Source: Microthyrium microscopicum (lineage: Eukaryota). Taken from it: 64,000 nucleotides of DNA. Location: contig MU004230.1 in assembly GCA_010405405.1 (NCBI GenBank), forward strand, positions 4,017,119 to 4,081,118. The letters are read 5' to 3'. Made by a program: the position numbers and the translations under genes. The notes beneath the pieces are model-generated. The model made no database searches, was not told where the DNA came from, and was given only the letters and a program-made list of their open reading frames with translations. Position 1 is the first letter of the stretch, and the number at the start of each line of letters is the position of its first letter. Below are positions 38,601 to 52,468 of the stretch, in pieces.

Positions 38601-41350
38601 CCTTAAGCCTAAGAGCCTTTAGAACCTTATTTAGTATATTAATAAGTCCTATCGCTTTATAATTTAAGAGGCTACTAATTATATAATCTATTTCTTTTAT
38701 TATTACCTTATAGTCTATTTCTAATTCTAAGAATAGAATAGCGTCCTTTATATTACTTAGGTTTACTATCCTAGTTTAAGAAAAGAACTTTATAGATAGT
38801 ATATTTATCTTACCTTAATTATTATAGATATAGTTATTACTAGTTATCTATCTAAGTATTAGTAAGTATAGGTCTTTCTTTAGTTTGCTAGCTTTAGCTC
38901 TTATTTACTTACTTATTCTTTATAAGCCTTAGTTCTTATAGTACCTATAATCCTTTATAATCTCTCTTATAAAAGTCTACTAAGATACTACTTTATTTTA
39001 ATATAGAGATTTCCTTAGCTAAGCTATAATTAATTTATATATATACTTATCTTAATTATTCTCTATCTAAAAGTATTTTCTCTTTATATAGCGCTTTTCT
39101 TATATTAGTAAAGTAGTTATAGGTAACTATCTATATAAAGCTTACTTTAAAGGTTTTACTTTTAGGTAGTAAATCTTTAGTACTTCTATTATTACTCTAT
39201 ATAGAGCCTCTATTAATATATCTTTAGTATCCTATAAGCTATTATTTATATATTTAATAAATTATTCTATATCTAGTTTTTATATATTATACTATACTTT
39301 TAGCATATACTTCTCTTATTTTAGAGTAAGCTAGATTAGTACTAAAACATAATCTTCTATTAGTATTTAGATATTAACTAAGCTATAGAACTCTAATCTT
39401 TCTTAAAGAAATTAAGATATAAACGTAAAGTTAATTACTATTTCTACTACTTCTACTCCTCTTCTTTTACGTAACTTATAGGTTAGCTCTTCTTTTAGTA
39501 TATCTAGGTAGAGTCTTTACTAGATTATATTATAAAGTAAAATATTTACTTAAGGTTTAGTAGCTAATACTATATCTCCTTATTAATAGTAATAATAGTT
39601 AAAGTCTCCTATTAATAGGATCTCTCCTTTTATTTTATTAATTACCTTTATTAGTATTAGGCGTTTAGTAATATAGTTATAATTATTTATTATTAAGCCT
39701 TTACTATATATATTAATAATTATTAGTATTATATACTTATACTAAAGGCATAGTATTAAAATGAATTAGTTATAATGTCTTACTTATTAGTTTTTTATAT
39801 TAAGCGCCTTACTTATTATAAAGTATACTCTTAATTAATTATTTTAGTTATATATTAGAGCATAGCTAAGAAAGTAGTACGTTCTTCCTAGCTTTATAAT
39901 TTCTTTAAAGTCTTAGACTACTATAATTAGTTACTTAATATTATTTAATAAATTAAAGAATAGCCTTACTTCTTTCCTATTTAACCTATTATAATTATAT
40001 TATATAATATTAATACTATTTATTTAAGTCTATTATTTAGATTCTACTTATTTTATTATTAGAGGTTAGCTTAAGATTATCTATAGCCTATTCTACTCTC
40101 TTATAATTATTTCTTTATTAATCTTCTAAGGCGCTATCTCTTATAGTTTATAAGCTATTATTACCTCTATTAAAGTTAAATATACTTATAATTAATTTTT
40201 AAGTACCTTAAACTAGGTTATTATATATCTTATTTTTTACTTTTTATAACGTTAATAGTCTTTTAAGGTTCTTAGTCCCTACTTTTCTTTTCTTTATATT
40301 ATTTATTATAATATATTTATTATTATCTATAAGCTAAATTAGTATAATTTAAGTAGGCATTATAACTTTTATCTATTCTATATATCTTTTATTCACTACC
40401 TAGAATCCTTTTATACTCTTAAAGTAGGTTTAATATACTTTATATATATTCTTCTACTATATATAGTATTCTTAGCCTTACTCTTTCTTTCTCCTTTTTT
40501 CTCTTTTATTATTTTTATAGTTAGAATACTAAACTAAGCTTATCTTAGTATAGTCTTTAGTATTATAATTATCTATATATTTACTATAATTTAGTTTATA
40601 TTAGGTATAAGCTATTTATATATAGTTCTAGACTTAGTAGTAAAAGTACTATTTAATAATATATTTTAGATTATATAATTTAGTAAAGAGCTTCTTTGCT
40701 TTAATAATAAACTTTTTTTAAATAATCTTATTTTTTATTACTATTATTAAGTAGTATAGTATAAGTAATTCCTTAGTATATATTTTCTTATACTTTTCTA
40801 GTTCTTCTTTTGCCTATTTATACTCTACGCTTTTATAAAGCTATTAAACTACTTCTATCTTTAGGCGTTTAAACCTTATCTTATTTTTATTAACTAGTTC
40901 TTTAATTAGTTTACTATTATCTATATTCTTACTATAAGCTACGTTTAGTTTAAGTAGAGTTTCTAAGATCTCTACTAAATAGTCTTATTATAAAACCTAA
41001 ACTTTATTTAAGTTTACTTAACGTAGCCTATTTTAAATATAGTCTTTATCTAATTATATATTAACTATAATGTTAACGTTCCTACTAAGTAATAGCCTAA
41101 TAGCTATTATTTATAAGATAGTTTCCTTAATCTTTTTAAATAGCTTTACCCTATCCTACTTGTCTTCCTCTAATATATTTTTAATCGCTTTTATAATATT
41201 AATTTAGACTATTAAGCTTATAAAGAAGGCCTTTTAGTTAGAGATTAGTAAATTAGGTCCTTTCGTAACCTTTGCTTAAAAGTTAGGAGTTATTTTAATC
41301 TTAGTAATTTATTTTATAATTATATTAAGCTTTTAGTTAAGACACGCCTT
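35640..41350 (-). mobile_element. Tad1-like LINE (non-LTR retrotransposon), RIP-mutated, inserted antisense in element 2; boundaries approximate
   Basis: Minus-strand motifs: endonuclease GDFN intact at 39609-39598; KPGK.DY....YRPI-like ~38470-38410; LDF.GAYDNV ~38215-38183; G.PQGSPLSP.LFL ~38045-38000; GF.DD ~37940-37924. An ORF1-like region lies at ~40000-41300. Confidence 0.8.
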
Positions 41351-44300
41351 AAGGTATATTAATAAAAAAGTCTTATTTATAGTTAGAGCTAGGTAAAACA
41401 CTAATTATTTAATATAGTTTTATACTATAATAAAGAATACGTAGTATTATATAAAATTAGCTATTAGCTAGTTAAGGAATAGTTATATTAGATCCTCCTC
41501 TTTAAATATAAGTCCTTCTAATAGTACTTTAATTTCTCTCTATACTTCTATAAGTAGTAGTTTTAGGTTATCTTTTTATTTCTACATTACCTTATTTTTA
41601 ATATAGATAGCCTCTATAATAATAATAGCTATTTACTATAAATCTTTATTTATCTCTATAGCGCTAACTATTATTTATATCTAGTTAAAAGTTATACTAT
41701 TATAATAGTCTTAATAAGATAAATCTAATAATAATAGTTTTATAGAATAATTCTAAGAAATTAATCTTTTAGTACGATAATGCTCCTTTAATATTTTAGA
41801 ATACTAATATAATAAAGATAATATATTAGACTTCTCTATTATATATAACGACGCTATAATATAAAATTCCTTCTTATAATAACGTATCTATACCCTAGAA
41901 AGTAAAGCTACCTAAGCTATAAGTAAGGCTTATTAGTTAATTAAGTAATAACTTTACCTTAAAGAATAAGATATAATTAATTATTATAAAGCAATTAGAG
42001 CTATAGATACTATTAAGTATCTATATAACTCCTATACTAAAAAGCGTAATTAGATTATACTCCTAGAAGGAAAAGTCTAAAATCTTAAAGATTAACTAAG
42101 TAACTTAGCCTATAAGACTAAAGAACTAGCATACTAGATAGACTTTAATAAAAAAGTTAATATAATACTACCCTTTTAAGGCTACCTATGCCTAAATCTC
42201 TACCTTAATACTAAAAGCGTTATATCTACCTTAAAAGTATTTATAAGCTTTAAAGTTAACTCTACGCAAAAATAGTAAGATTCTAGTACTTATAATAGTA
42301 AGAAATAAGACTTATACCTATAGTAGAAACTTAAAGTTAAAGACTACCTTTATTATAAAGTACGTACCTTTTTTAATAAGCTATTTTAAGCTATTTAGGT
42401 TTATAGTAAATATAAAGACTTTACTCTTAACTTTATTATTAATTATACTTAATATAATATATTTAACTTATATATTTTTATAGTAGAGTTCTAGGACGAC
42501 CTTAACTACTACTTTAAAAGTACTAATAAATATAAAGCTACTCTTCTTTAGTTATAGAATCTATTTAATAAGATAAAGAAGACTAATAACTTAAGCTTTT
42601 ACTTAGTTAAGTTTACTAGCAAAACTAATAAGGCTTACTTATCTAATACTAATAAACTAACTTATATACGTAATATAATTACTAAAAAGCTAATAAGCTA
42701 TTTCTATACTAGTAAAGTAACTATAAGCACTAAATTTATAATAGAACTATAATAAGTTAACTACCTCTTAGACTATAAGAAGTTTAATAATAAGAATAAG
42801 AATAAGGATAAAAATAAGGATAAGAATACTTAAAAGATAATTCTATATTATAGTAATACCCTATTTCTATACCTTAAGAAAAAGAAACGCTACTTATAAT
42901 ATAGTAATAAAGGCTATAATCTATAATCTAAAACTATACCCTACTAAGGTAAAGACACTATATCTAATAATAATATCTAAACTAAATTAGCTTTAATTTA
43001 CACTTCTTAGTTATACTATACTCTAAGTATAGAAGATAATAATAATATATTCTTAACCTATAGCTAATACTAAGAAAATATATAGCTCCTTTATACTAAC
43101 GCATAAATAAGCTAAATTCTAATAAGACACAAAATAAATAAAAGAAATACTAAATAAAAGCTATCTAAGCTTACCTAAGTAAATCTAAATCTAAGAAAGA
43201 ACCTTATTATAGTATAGTAGTAGTTTATATATCTATTACCTATCTACTAATTAATTAATTACTAGAAACTAAGGCTATCCTAAAAGTAGAATAATAGTAG
43301 AGTACTATAAGAAGTATCTTTCTCTTAGATAGCTTCTATACTAAAGTAAAAATCCTTATTAATATAAGTAGTAGTATATTTAGCATTATTAACTTCTATT
43401 ACTTTTAACTCTATAGCTTTAAATTTATTAAAATATTAAGACTCTATTAAGCTAAGATAGCTAATAGTTACGCTATTACTATTATAACTTATATAGTATT
43501 TATTACTTTATATATTAGTATTTATTTTAAATAAGCCTTATATTTTATTATAAAAATTACTAACTATAATATTATCCTTAAAGACTTTTAGGTTAATAAG
43601 TATAAAGTTATACTTTAAGGAGGCTAGTAAACGTTAAGCTTTTACTCTAAGTATTATTTTTAAAGCTATATAGCTTTATACTACCCTATTATAGTTAATT
43701 ATAGAAGCTAAGTAGTTATAAAAAAGAAAGATAAGAATACTCCTAATATCTATATTATTTCTCTCTATATATTTATAACTTAAATATAGTAAGAGAAAAA
43801 CTAATTCTTTATATTATATAAAGAAGATTTTAACGTATTAAAAGAAGAAAAAGATCTAGATTCTATTTCTTAGTATAATATTACTAGTATTATAGTAATC
43901 TTAATAGAAGATTATACTAAATAGTAAGAGAAGCTTAAATAAGATTTACTAATATAAGAAGAATTACTTAGCTTAATCTTTAAAGAATTCTACTAATATA
44001 TCTACTTCTTTAACCTAATATAAGTTAATAAATTACTACTTTATTATCTTAAATTTAATTACTCTATCCTAATAGATCTATAAGCTAAAATACCTATATA
44101 GAAGTCTTATAAGATATTGCGCTAATAAGCTTAAGTTATTAAAAAGTATATTAAAAATATGCTTAGAAAAAGCTTTATCTATAAAAGTACTTCTTAATAT
44201 GCCTTACTAGTTCTCTATATTAGTAAACTAAATAAAGGCATTTAAGTTTATATAAATTACTATAGATTAAATAAAATTATCTTAAAGAATTAGAATATTT

Positions 44301-47300
44301 TACTACTTCTTACTAAAACTCTTATAAAGATCTATAAAGCTAAATTCTTCTCTAAATTTAACGTTATTACTACTTTTAATAATATTTATATTTATAAAGA
44401 TAATAAATATAAAACTACTTTTCTTACCTACTATAGCCTATTTAAGTCCCTTATTATACTATTTAGTATAACTAGTTCCCTTAGAATATTCTAAGCCTTT
44501 ATTAATAGTACTATCTATAAATACTTAGATAACTTTATTACTATATACCTAGATAACGTCCTTATTTAGAGCAAAACTAAAGAAGAGTATATTACTTATA
44601 TCTACCTAATCTTTAATAAGCTTAAAAAAGCTAGCCTTTATCTTAATATTACTAAGTTAGAATTTATAACTAAGAGTATTAAATACCTTAGTATTATTAT
44701 TATACCTAATAGAATCCTTATAGATAAGAAAAAAGTTAAAGTAATACTAAAATAGTAATGTTCTTTATTACTTAAAGATATCTAGATATTTCTAAGCTTT
44801 ATAAACTTCTATTATTAATTTATTAAAGGATATTTAAAAATTATAGCTCTAATAATAGTACTTACTAAAAAGGACGTCCTTTAATAATATCCTTAGAACC
44901 TAGACGGCTCTAAAGAAGCTATTTTTAAAGCCCTAAAGAAAGCTTTTACTATAGTATTAATCTTATAATATTTTAATCTTAATAAAGAAACCTAGCTTAA
45001 AACTAATACTTCTAACTAAGTTATTATAGTAGTTCTTTTATAAAAAAATAATAATAAAGAACTTTACCTAGTTATTTTCTTATCTAAAAAGATAATACTA
45101 GTAGAATATAACTATAATATTTATAATAAGGAACTAATACTTATAATTATCTACGCATTTAAAGAATAAGAACTAAAGCTATTCTCTACTAATAATTCTA
45201 TTAAAGTCTATATAGACTATCTTAATTTATAGTTATTTATATCTATAAAGAAGCTCTCCTACTATTAAGTACGCTAGGTAGAGTTCTTATTATAATTCTA
45301 GTTTAAAATTAAATACTATAATAGACCTTTAAATATTAAAGCTAATACCCTTACCTAATAGTCTTAAGACCTACTATAATTTAATAATAACCTATAAGTT
45401 ATATAATAAGTACGTCCTATACTATTTCTTTACTATTTTATTAATACTTATAGTATATACTATATATTTAATATAATTACTTATAATATATACTAAGCTA
45501 TTAAGATAGTAACTATACTAGTTTAGAGTAAACGCCCTTTAATAATTAAGTTAGCTATAATTATTACTAATAAAGTTAATATATTTACTATAGAAAGGAA
45601 GTTAACTAGTAATCTAACTATAAGGAGTTATCTTAAGGATGCTTTAACTTTAGAGAAATTAACTAGTTATTCTAAGGTAAAGAATATACCTACTAACTTA
45701 GAAACGTTATAGAAGAATATTATTAAAGTAAGTAAAAAAGATAAGCTTATTTAAGCTATCTATAACTATAAAGTAGTATAATATTACTACTTACCCTATA
45801 GTATACTAAAACGCAAATCTATTAAGCTTAAAGACTATTAAGTCCTTATAAATAGAACTATTTAGTATTACTAGTACCTACTAGTTCCTTATAGAAAACT
45901 TTACTATTATATAATATAATATATATATAATTATAAGATTATAAGATATAGAAGTACTACTATAACTTATTAACGTCTATCCTAGTTCTATTATTAGTCT
46001 TATATAGTAAAAGATATTAAGTAATATATAAAATAATACTATTATACTTTTTCTAAGTTAGTAATATAAAAGAAATAAGGCTTATTATAGTTATTTCCTT
46101 TACTAGACTATGTATAGGCTAATATCTTAATTAACTTTACTATTACGTTACTACTATGTGTCTACTTAAGAGTTATTTATTACTATACTATAATAGTAGT
46201 TAATAAACTTACCTATACTTACTACTTTATACCCTTAGCTAACCTTAGTATCTAGATAATAGTATTAATATTCCTTAACTAGATCTAGAAGCATACTAGC
46301 TAGCTAAACTCTATCTTATTTAATTATAGATCCTAATTTATTTTAGCTTTCTAGCGCTACTTATATAAGTAAGTAAAAGTAATAATCTACCTTACTACTA
46401 CTTAGTACCTATAATCTAATAGCATTACTAAGATTATAGTATAAGCCTTAAAGGCTTACTTATAATACTTCGTTAATTATTAATAGAATAATTAGATTAG
46501 ACTCCTACTATTTACTAAGTTTAAAGCTAACTATACTATTTACGCTACTACTAAAATAAGCCTATTTAAAGCACTTAATAGCTTACTACTACGATTTAGC
46601 TTAGAATTAGTTATACTAAGTAAGGCATATATAAGCTTTAAGCTAGTATAAAATAAATAACACTCTATAGATATATTCCTTAAAAATAGATAAGACTTAC
46701 GTAATTACCTCTATAAGTAAATTTTATAGTCTTAAGCGCTAATAAATAAGTAAGTTAACTAATACTACTATTTAGTACCTAATCTTAAACTAAGCAACTA
46801 GGTATATCTAGATATATATTATTATAAAACTCTTCGCCTCTCTAAATTACTTAATAATAAATCTACTAGTCTATTTAAGATCTTAAAGAAGATTAATATA
46901 CTTACTTATAAGCTTAATCTTCCTAAGAAGATAAAAATATACCTTATCTTCTATACTTAGCTTTTATACTTTATCTTTAAAGGTATTACTATACTATAAA
47001 AACCTAATAACTCTCTAGCTATTGCTAATCTAAAAGAAAATAATAATAAGTAAGAATAGTTAATTAATTACGTTATTAATAGCTATTAGTATAACTAGTA
47101 AGAAAAAGGTAAAAAGAAGATACTCTAATATAAAGTTAAATTTACTAAATAAGATAATTAGAATTACAACCTAGATTAGTAACTATAAATAGATCTTAAA
47201 TTATACCCTAAGCTCGTTACGAAGTTTTATAATTATAATCCTATAAAACTAAGTCTTTATAAGTCGTTTATTAACCCTTAAAAAAAAAAAGGATAAAGAA

Positions 47301-47597
47301 TACAACTCTAATAGTATTCTCCTTAATTAGTAAGGTTATTATTATTACTATAGTGGTATTTTAATATTTCTATAAACTAGAGTATTTTAAGGATATCTTA
47401 TAGTTTATTAATACTACTTAATAGTTGCCTTAGTAGGCTAAAGGGTAGTAAGGAATAGATACTTATAGTATTATATATAGAAGAATATTAAACTCTTTAC
47501 TTTTATTATTATAGTTATAATATGTTTTATACCTATTATAGCGTTATTTTATATAGTTAGATTAGCTTAGAAGCACTAATATTAGAAGAAGAAGTAT

Positions 47598-47800
47598 TAT
47601 TATAAATTCTCTCTATTAAGATCTTTTTATAAGATCTCTAGTATCTTTATTACGTAATGCTAAAGGCTTAGCGCCTAAGGTTTAGCTAATATAGAGCTTA
47701 TCTCCTACTAGCCCTAATCCTTCTTCTAGATTCTTTGTCTTAGTTTTCTTAAATTATATCTACATCTAGATTACACCCTTACATCTATAGCTCCCTAATA
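47598..47800 (+). repeat. 3' LTR of element 2
   Basis: Matches 33300-33502; immediately followed by TSD GTAGA. Confidence 0.92.
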
Positions 47801-48500
47801 GTAGATAAAGTAAATTATATAAAAGATAAAATATTTTATAGTATTATAAGATTTAGTAAAGAAAGAGAATAATAATATTTTTATTTCTTTAAATTAAAGC
47901 TTAGTAAGAAAGGAAATCTTTTTAGCTATAGTAGATTAAGAATTAATTTTTATATTACTAAAATAATAAGAGTAGAGAGATAAATTATTAAAGCTAAAGA
48001 GTTATAATAGGATTACTACTCTAATTACTTATATATCTATATTAGAAGTAATAGATTTATATAAATAAGTATCTAATTCTAGAGAGGACTATTAGAGTAT
48101 TAACCCTTTATTACTAAATACTATAAAAGTAGAGGTTTTTTCTATAAATTATTCTAAACTTAGTTTACTATAAGAGATAAATATAACTAAAAGATTTTTA
48201 TAGAATACTAATATATTTAAGCTAATTATAACGCCTAGTAGTTCTATACGTTCTAATACTAGCCTATAATATTTAAGATTAGAATAAAGATAGTAAAAAG
48301 CTACTCTTAAATAAGAAATTATTTTATAAATAAATATAGGTAAAGTATTTATAGGAAAGAAAAGAAAAATTAACCTTTTATTATCTCTTTTATAACCTTT
48401 CCTAATTATATTTATTTAAGAAATTATTTATAAGAAATTACTTTTATTTATTATTAATTTAAGTAAACTATTATAAGCTATAATAAATAAACTAAACTCT

Positions 48501-48599
48501 TAGATCTCCTTAGTAATCTTTAGGACTATTACTAAGGATATTTAAATATAATAAGTTATTTTTAGATCTCTTTAGTAATCTTTAGAACTATTATTAAAG
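48501..48599. repeat. Internal ~37-bp direct repeat (62-bp spacing) in the 3' region of element 1
   Basis: tagatctccttagtaatctttaggactattactaagg at 48501 and tagatctctttagtaatctttagaactattattaaag at 48563. Confidence 0.7.
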
Positions 48600-50803
48600 T
48601 TTACTTTTTAATAAACTAATAAGATAAGATTAAGAAATATAGGAATATTAAAGAACTATTATTATATATTTTACTATAATTCTATAAAGTCTTATCTTTT
48701 TAAGGCCTATATCTACTTTTTTTTCTTATTTTTTAAGAACTTTATCTAAGCTACTAATTCTATAGTAATTTTAGCTATTCTAAAGTACTACTTATTAATA
48801 AGTAACTTAAGAATATTAGGAGAAGTAGATAACTAGATAATAGTAGAATTTAGACTTTTCTTCTAATCTTATAGTAAGATATAGTTCTTATAGAATAAAT
48901 AAGTTATAAGCTTATTATTAAATATATAATTAGTATAGACGCTATTTAGAAAAGAAGCTTTATTCTTTTTATATATACTAATAACGTATTTATTATAAGT
49001 ATAGACTTATAATAAGTTTTAGTAATATTTATAAGCTTTCTCTTACTTTTTTCTTATAATTATATATATTATAAAGGTTTTTAAATAGAAAGATAATAAT
49101 AAGATATTCTTAGTTAAGAGTAAAGTACTTAGATATTAATAAATTCCTTACTAAGGTATAAGCGTTAGAATATTAGTAATCTTTACTAAAATACTATTAT
49201 TTTTTTAGTAATATTTTAAGAGCTAGAAAAGTAATTCTTAAGTTATTTACTCCTTTAAAAGTTTAATATTCTTAAAAGTAGAATACTAGTTAAAGTTTAA
49301 GAACTTTATTTACTTTTCTTAATAATTTATACTTTTCTTAGTAATTAGTTCTACTATATTTATATAACTATATATAATAAATAGCTTTTTAGGAATTATT
49401 ATTAAGCTTATCTTATATTTATACTTTTAGAGTCTAGCTTACTTTATTTTCTACTTATATTTATTATATATAGCTTTAGTAGTTTTAATAAGTTTATAAA
49501 TCTTTTTTAGGCTATTATTAGTAAAAGCTAGTTAACTTATATAATTTTTTACCTTTTACTTTATAAACTCTTTATATTTTATTAAGTTTACTAACTTCTT
49601 TTTAGTAGCTTTATACTTATAAGTTAAGATTGTTATAAGAATCTTAGTATAAAATATATATATTTATAATAGATTAAAAAGTATAGAAGTTTTATACTTA
49701 GCTTTATAATTACTTTCTAATAAGTCTAGACTTCTTATTATATATACTAATTCTTAAGTAAAAGTATTATTAATAAAAACTATTTAATAAGATATTCTTA
49801 GTATTATAGGTACTAAAAACTAGTTATAAGGATAAGAGACGTTATTAAAAGTATTATTAAAGAAGTCTTTCTTCTCTTTATTAGCTTTTAAGATTTAGTT
49901 AATTAGTTAGTAATTTATAAAATAGAAATAATACTTAATTAAGTTATAAACTAATTTTATAGGAGTTTTTTTACGACTTAGTAAAGAAAATAAAATTTTA
50001 GTCTTAACCTTCTTATATAAATAAGTTATATAAGGTAAAGGCTTCTTCTACTTATCTTTCTTTAGAATGTTAATAATCTTTTAATAGACGCTTAAATAAA
50101 AAGAGTTTTTTTTATTAGACTTCTAAGAGCTATCCTTTTTTAGAGTGCTTAGAAGAGCTATTTTAAAAACCTTAAGAAGTATAAATAATAAGTTTTAAGT
50201 AGAGAGAATATATAAAGCTACTTATATTTAATAATATTAAAAGTATAAAAGAAAATCTACTTCTATTAGCTTAAAGTATTATAAAAGTATAATAAAGAAG
50301 AAAAAGAGAAGATAACGAATTATAAAGCTTTATAGATATAGAATTAGGCTTTTATTTCTATATTTACTTAGACTAGTAATTACTATCTAGTTCTTTATTA
50401 CTACTTATATATTACTTTTTATAAACTTTATTTTTTAAGGCCTTAAAGTATAGGTTATATATATTTCTTATTAGATTAAGTAGCTTTAGTATACTTATAT
50501 AAACTCTTTATAATTCCTTAATTTATTATTACTAATAGCTCTTATATAGATAAACCTTTCTAAAGAGATTAAGAGCTATAAATGCTTAAGTATTATTTAT
50601 AATAGTTTAACTAAAATCTTAGAGAGAGTTCTTAAAAAATAATATCTTAAAAATTACTATTTAATATAACTAGGGTAATAAACCTAGTTTCTAAGTAAAG
50701 ATTCCTTATTAGTTATTATAATGTTTTTTTTATTTTACTTATTTATTAAAGCTATAGCTATAAGATTTATAATTTTAGAAGAGTTTACATTAGTAAGGAA
50801 GAA

Positions 50804-50955
50804 TATTATAATAAAGAATATACTAAGGAATTAGATAATTATAGGACCTAATTAGAGATAATATAATTCCTTAATTAGCGTATCCTAAAAACTATATTAG
50901 GCCCTTAGACTTCCATAGTAATTAACCATGCTTTATTTCTCATATTTATGCAACA
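50804..50955 (+). repeat. 3' LTR of element 1
   Basis: Matches 26853-27004; ends CAACA followed by TSD TTTGT. Confidence 0.92.
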
Positions 50956-51348
50956 TTTGTCCTTAACTACTTTCTTCCGATTCTCATTGAGTTTGGGAAA
51001 AGGGTTTCCCGTTGTATGCGAACATCATGGCATTCCAACACTGTGCTCTTGTATTTTATGAAAGTGCATCATCATTGACCAACCCCTGTCGATATTTTCA
51101 ATTGATAGTCAACTCTTCCAACTCTCTCATTCGTCGGACTCGGGTTGATATCCCTCCGCAGGCTCAACTCTCCTTTTCCCTTCGTATGTTCGTTCATGAA
51201 GCCAAAAAGTGGACTCATTTAGATCAATTCCAACTATTTTACGCACTTAACAGTATAAGTAGGTAGATAGTTGTTGCTTGCGCTTTGCCTTCGAACACAG
51301 GACGCAGCATCAACATCTCCAGTGACCGAATTTACCCTCAATAACACA

Positions 51349-52468
51349 ATGTTTCTCGGCGACCTTTTCTATGAACAGTACTTCCTCTCATTACCTGAAC
51401 CCACTGCTTCTTTCGCACAGAAGACTGTCATCATCACTGGCGCCAATTCAGGTTTAGGAAAAGAAGCGGCACGCCATATCGCCCGTCTCGGCTGTCCACG
51501 TCTCATTCTTGCTGTTCGTAATATCAAGGCTGGTGAAGCTGCTAAGCAAGATATTGTATCAACTACAGATGTACCGGAATCTAGCATTAGGTACATTTCT
51601 CTTCAAGAATCCACATCTTTATGTGTTGAATATCGTCCCGGTGGTGTAGCCATGAAGCTCAGAGCATGTCTGTTGCCAACACATTGATCGTTTGCATACT
51701 AACAATCAGTTATGCAGCATCTGGGAACTCGATTTAAGCAATTTCACCTCGGTTAAATCCTTCATCAAGCGCGCTTCCACTGAACTCGATCGTCTGGACA
51801 ATCTCATCTGCAATGCCGGCATCAACAAGACTTCGTTCAGCGAAGCAGAGGGCTACGAGGCAACAATCACCGTCAACGTCCTCAGCACATGGCTCCTCGC
51901 GACCAGCCTCCTTCCTCTGTTAGAAAAGACTGCCACACTGTCACTATCAGAAACAAAGGATTCGACTCCTCATCTCACCATCGTATCATCCGATACCCAC
52001 GTCTTGGCCGCATTCCCAGAACGCGATGTCCCAGCAGCTGAAATGCTAGACGCCATTACACAGCGCGCCAATCAAGGAAGATTGAAGATGACGGAGCAAT
52101 ACATGTTGAGCAAGTTGTTAGAAATCATCCTGGTTCGAGATCTCGTCTTCCGCCAGCAACAGTATCCCGAAGACTCTGAGCAACCTACGAAGCAAGGCGT
52201 TATCATCAACTGTGTTAATCCAGGTCTCTGTCATTCAGAGTTAGGAAGAGATATCCCGATTGTGCCTACTATCATGGGCTTCATATTTAATGCTCGTCCG
52301 ACGGCGTATGGTGCTCGAACGCTGGTACATGCTGCTAGTGCTGGGTGGGAGAGTCATGGTCGCTATCTGAGCAGTTGTCGTGTTTGGGCTACTAAAGGTA
52401 TGGCGATTGATAAAGAGTTGGGTCAGAAGGTTTCGGAGGCGGTGGACGGAGCGCTCGCGAAGATTTGA
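51349..52468 (+). CDS. Short-chain dehydrogenase/reductase (retinol-dehydrogenase-like)
   Basis: IITGANSGLGKEAA, ELDLS, LICNAGI, VSSDTH, YMLSK catalytic motif, VNPGLCHS. Intron 51591-51717. Confidence 0.9.

Larger units (their letters stand above)
33300..47800 (+). mobile_element. Nested Gypsy chromovirus-type LTR retrotransposon (element 2), RIP-mutated
   Basis: 203-bp LTRs at 33300-33502 and 47598-47800; TSD GTAGA at 33295-33299 and 47801-47805; purine tract ~47584-47594. De-RIPped motifs: CxxCxxxxH knuckle ~42890, protease LIDTG ~43355, RT YLDD at 44546, RNase H ETDASD ~45000, integrase DRGSQF ~46320, GPF motif ~46870, chromodomain-like QYKVKF.GW...W ~47050-47250. Confidence 0.9.
26853..50955 (+). 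mobile_element. Outer Ty3/Gypsy LTR retrotransposon (element 1), heavily RIP-mutated, interrupted by nested insertions
   Basis: 152-bp LTRs at 26853-27004 and 50804-50955 (TGTTG...CAACA); TSD TTTGT at 26848-26852 and 50956-50960; purine tract 50791-50803. After mentally reverting RIP changes, pol motifs appear in Gypsy order: protease (L)DSGA ~29560, RT SPW.SP/FSKLDL/MPFGL/YLDD at 30674, RNase H ~31150, integrase ~32050-32450. Confidence 0.9.

Noticed and set aside
33300..47800. Long direct repeats as a CRISPR array or segmental duplication
   Set aside because: Only two copies of each repeat, with TSDs and purine tracts: they are LTRs.
26853..50955. AT-rich block as organellar DNA (NUMT), contamination or centromere
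   Set aside because: It is bounded by LTRs with a TSD and contains retroelement motifs with a RIP signature; no mitochondrial genes are seen. Centromere status cannot be inferred from sequence alone.
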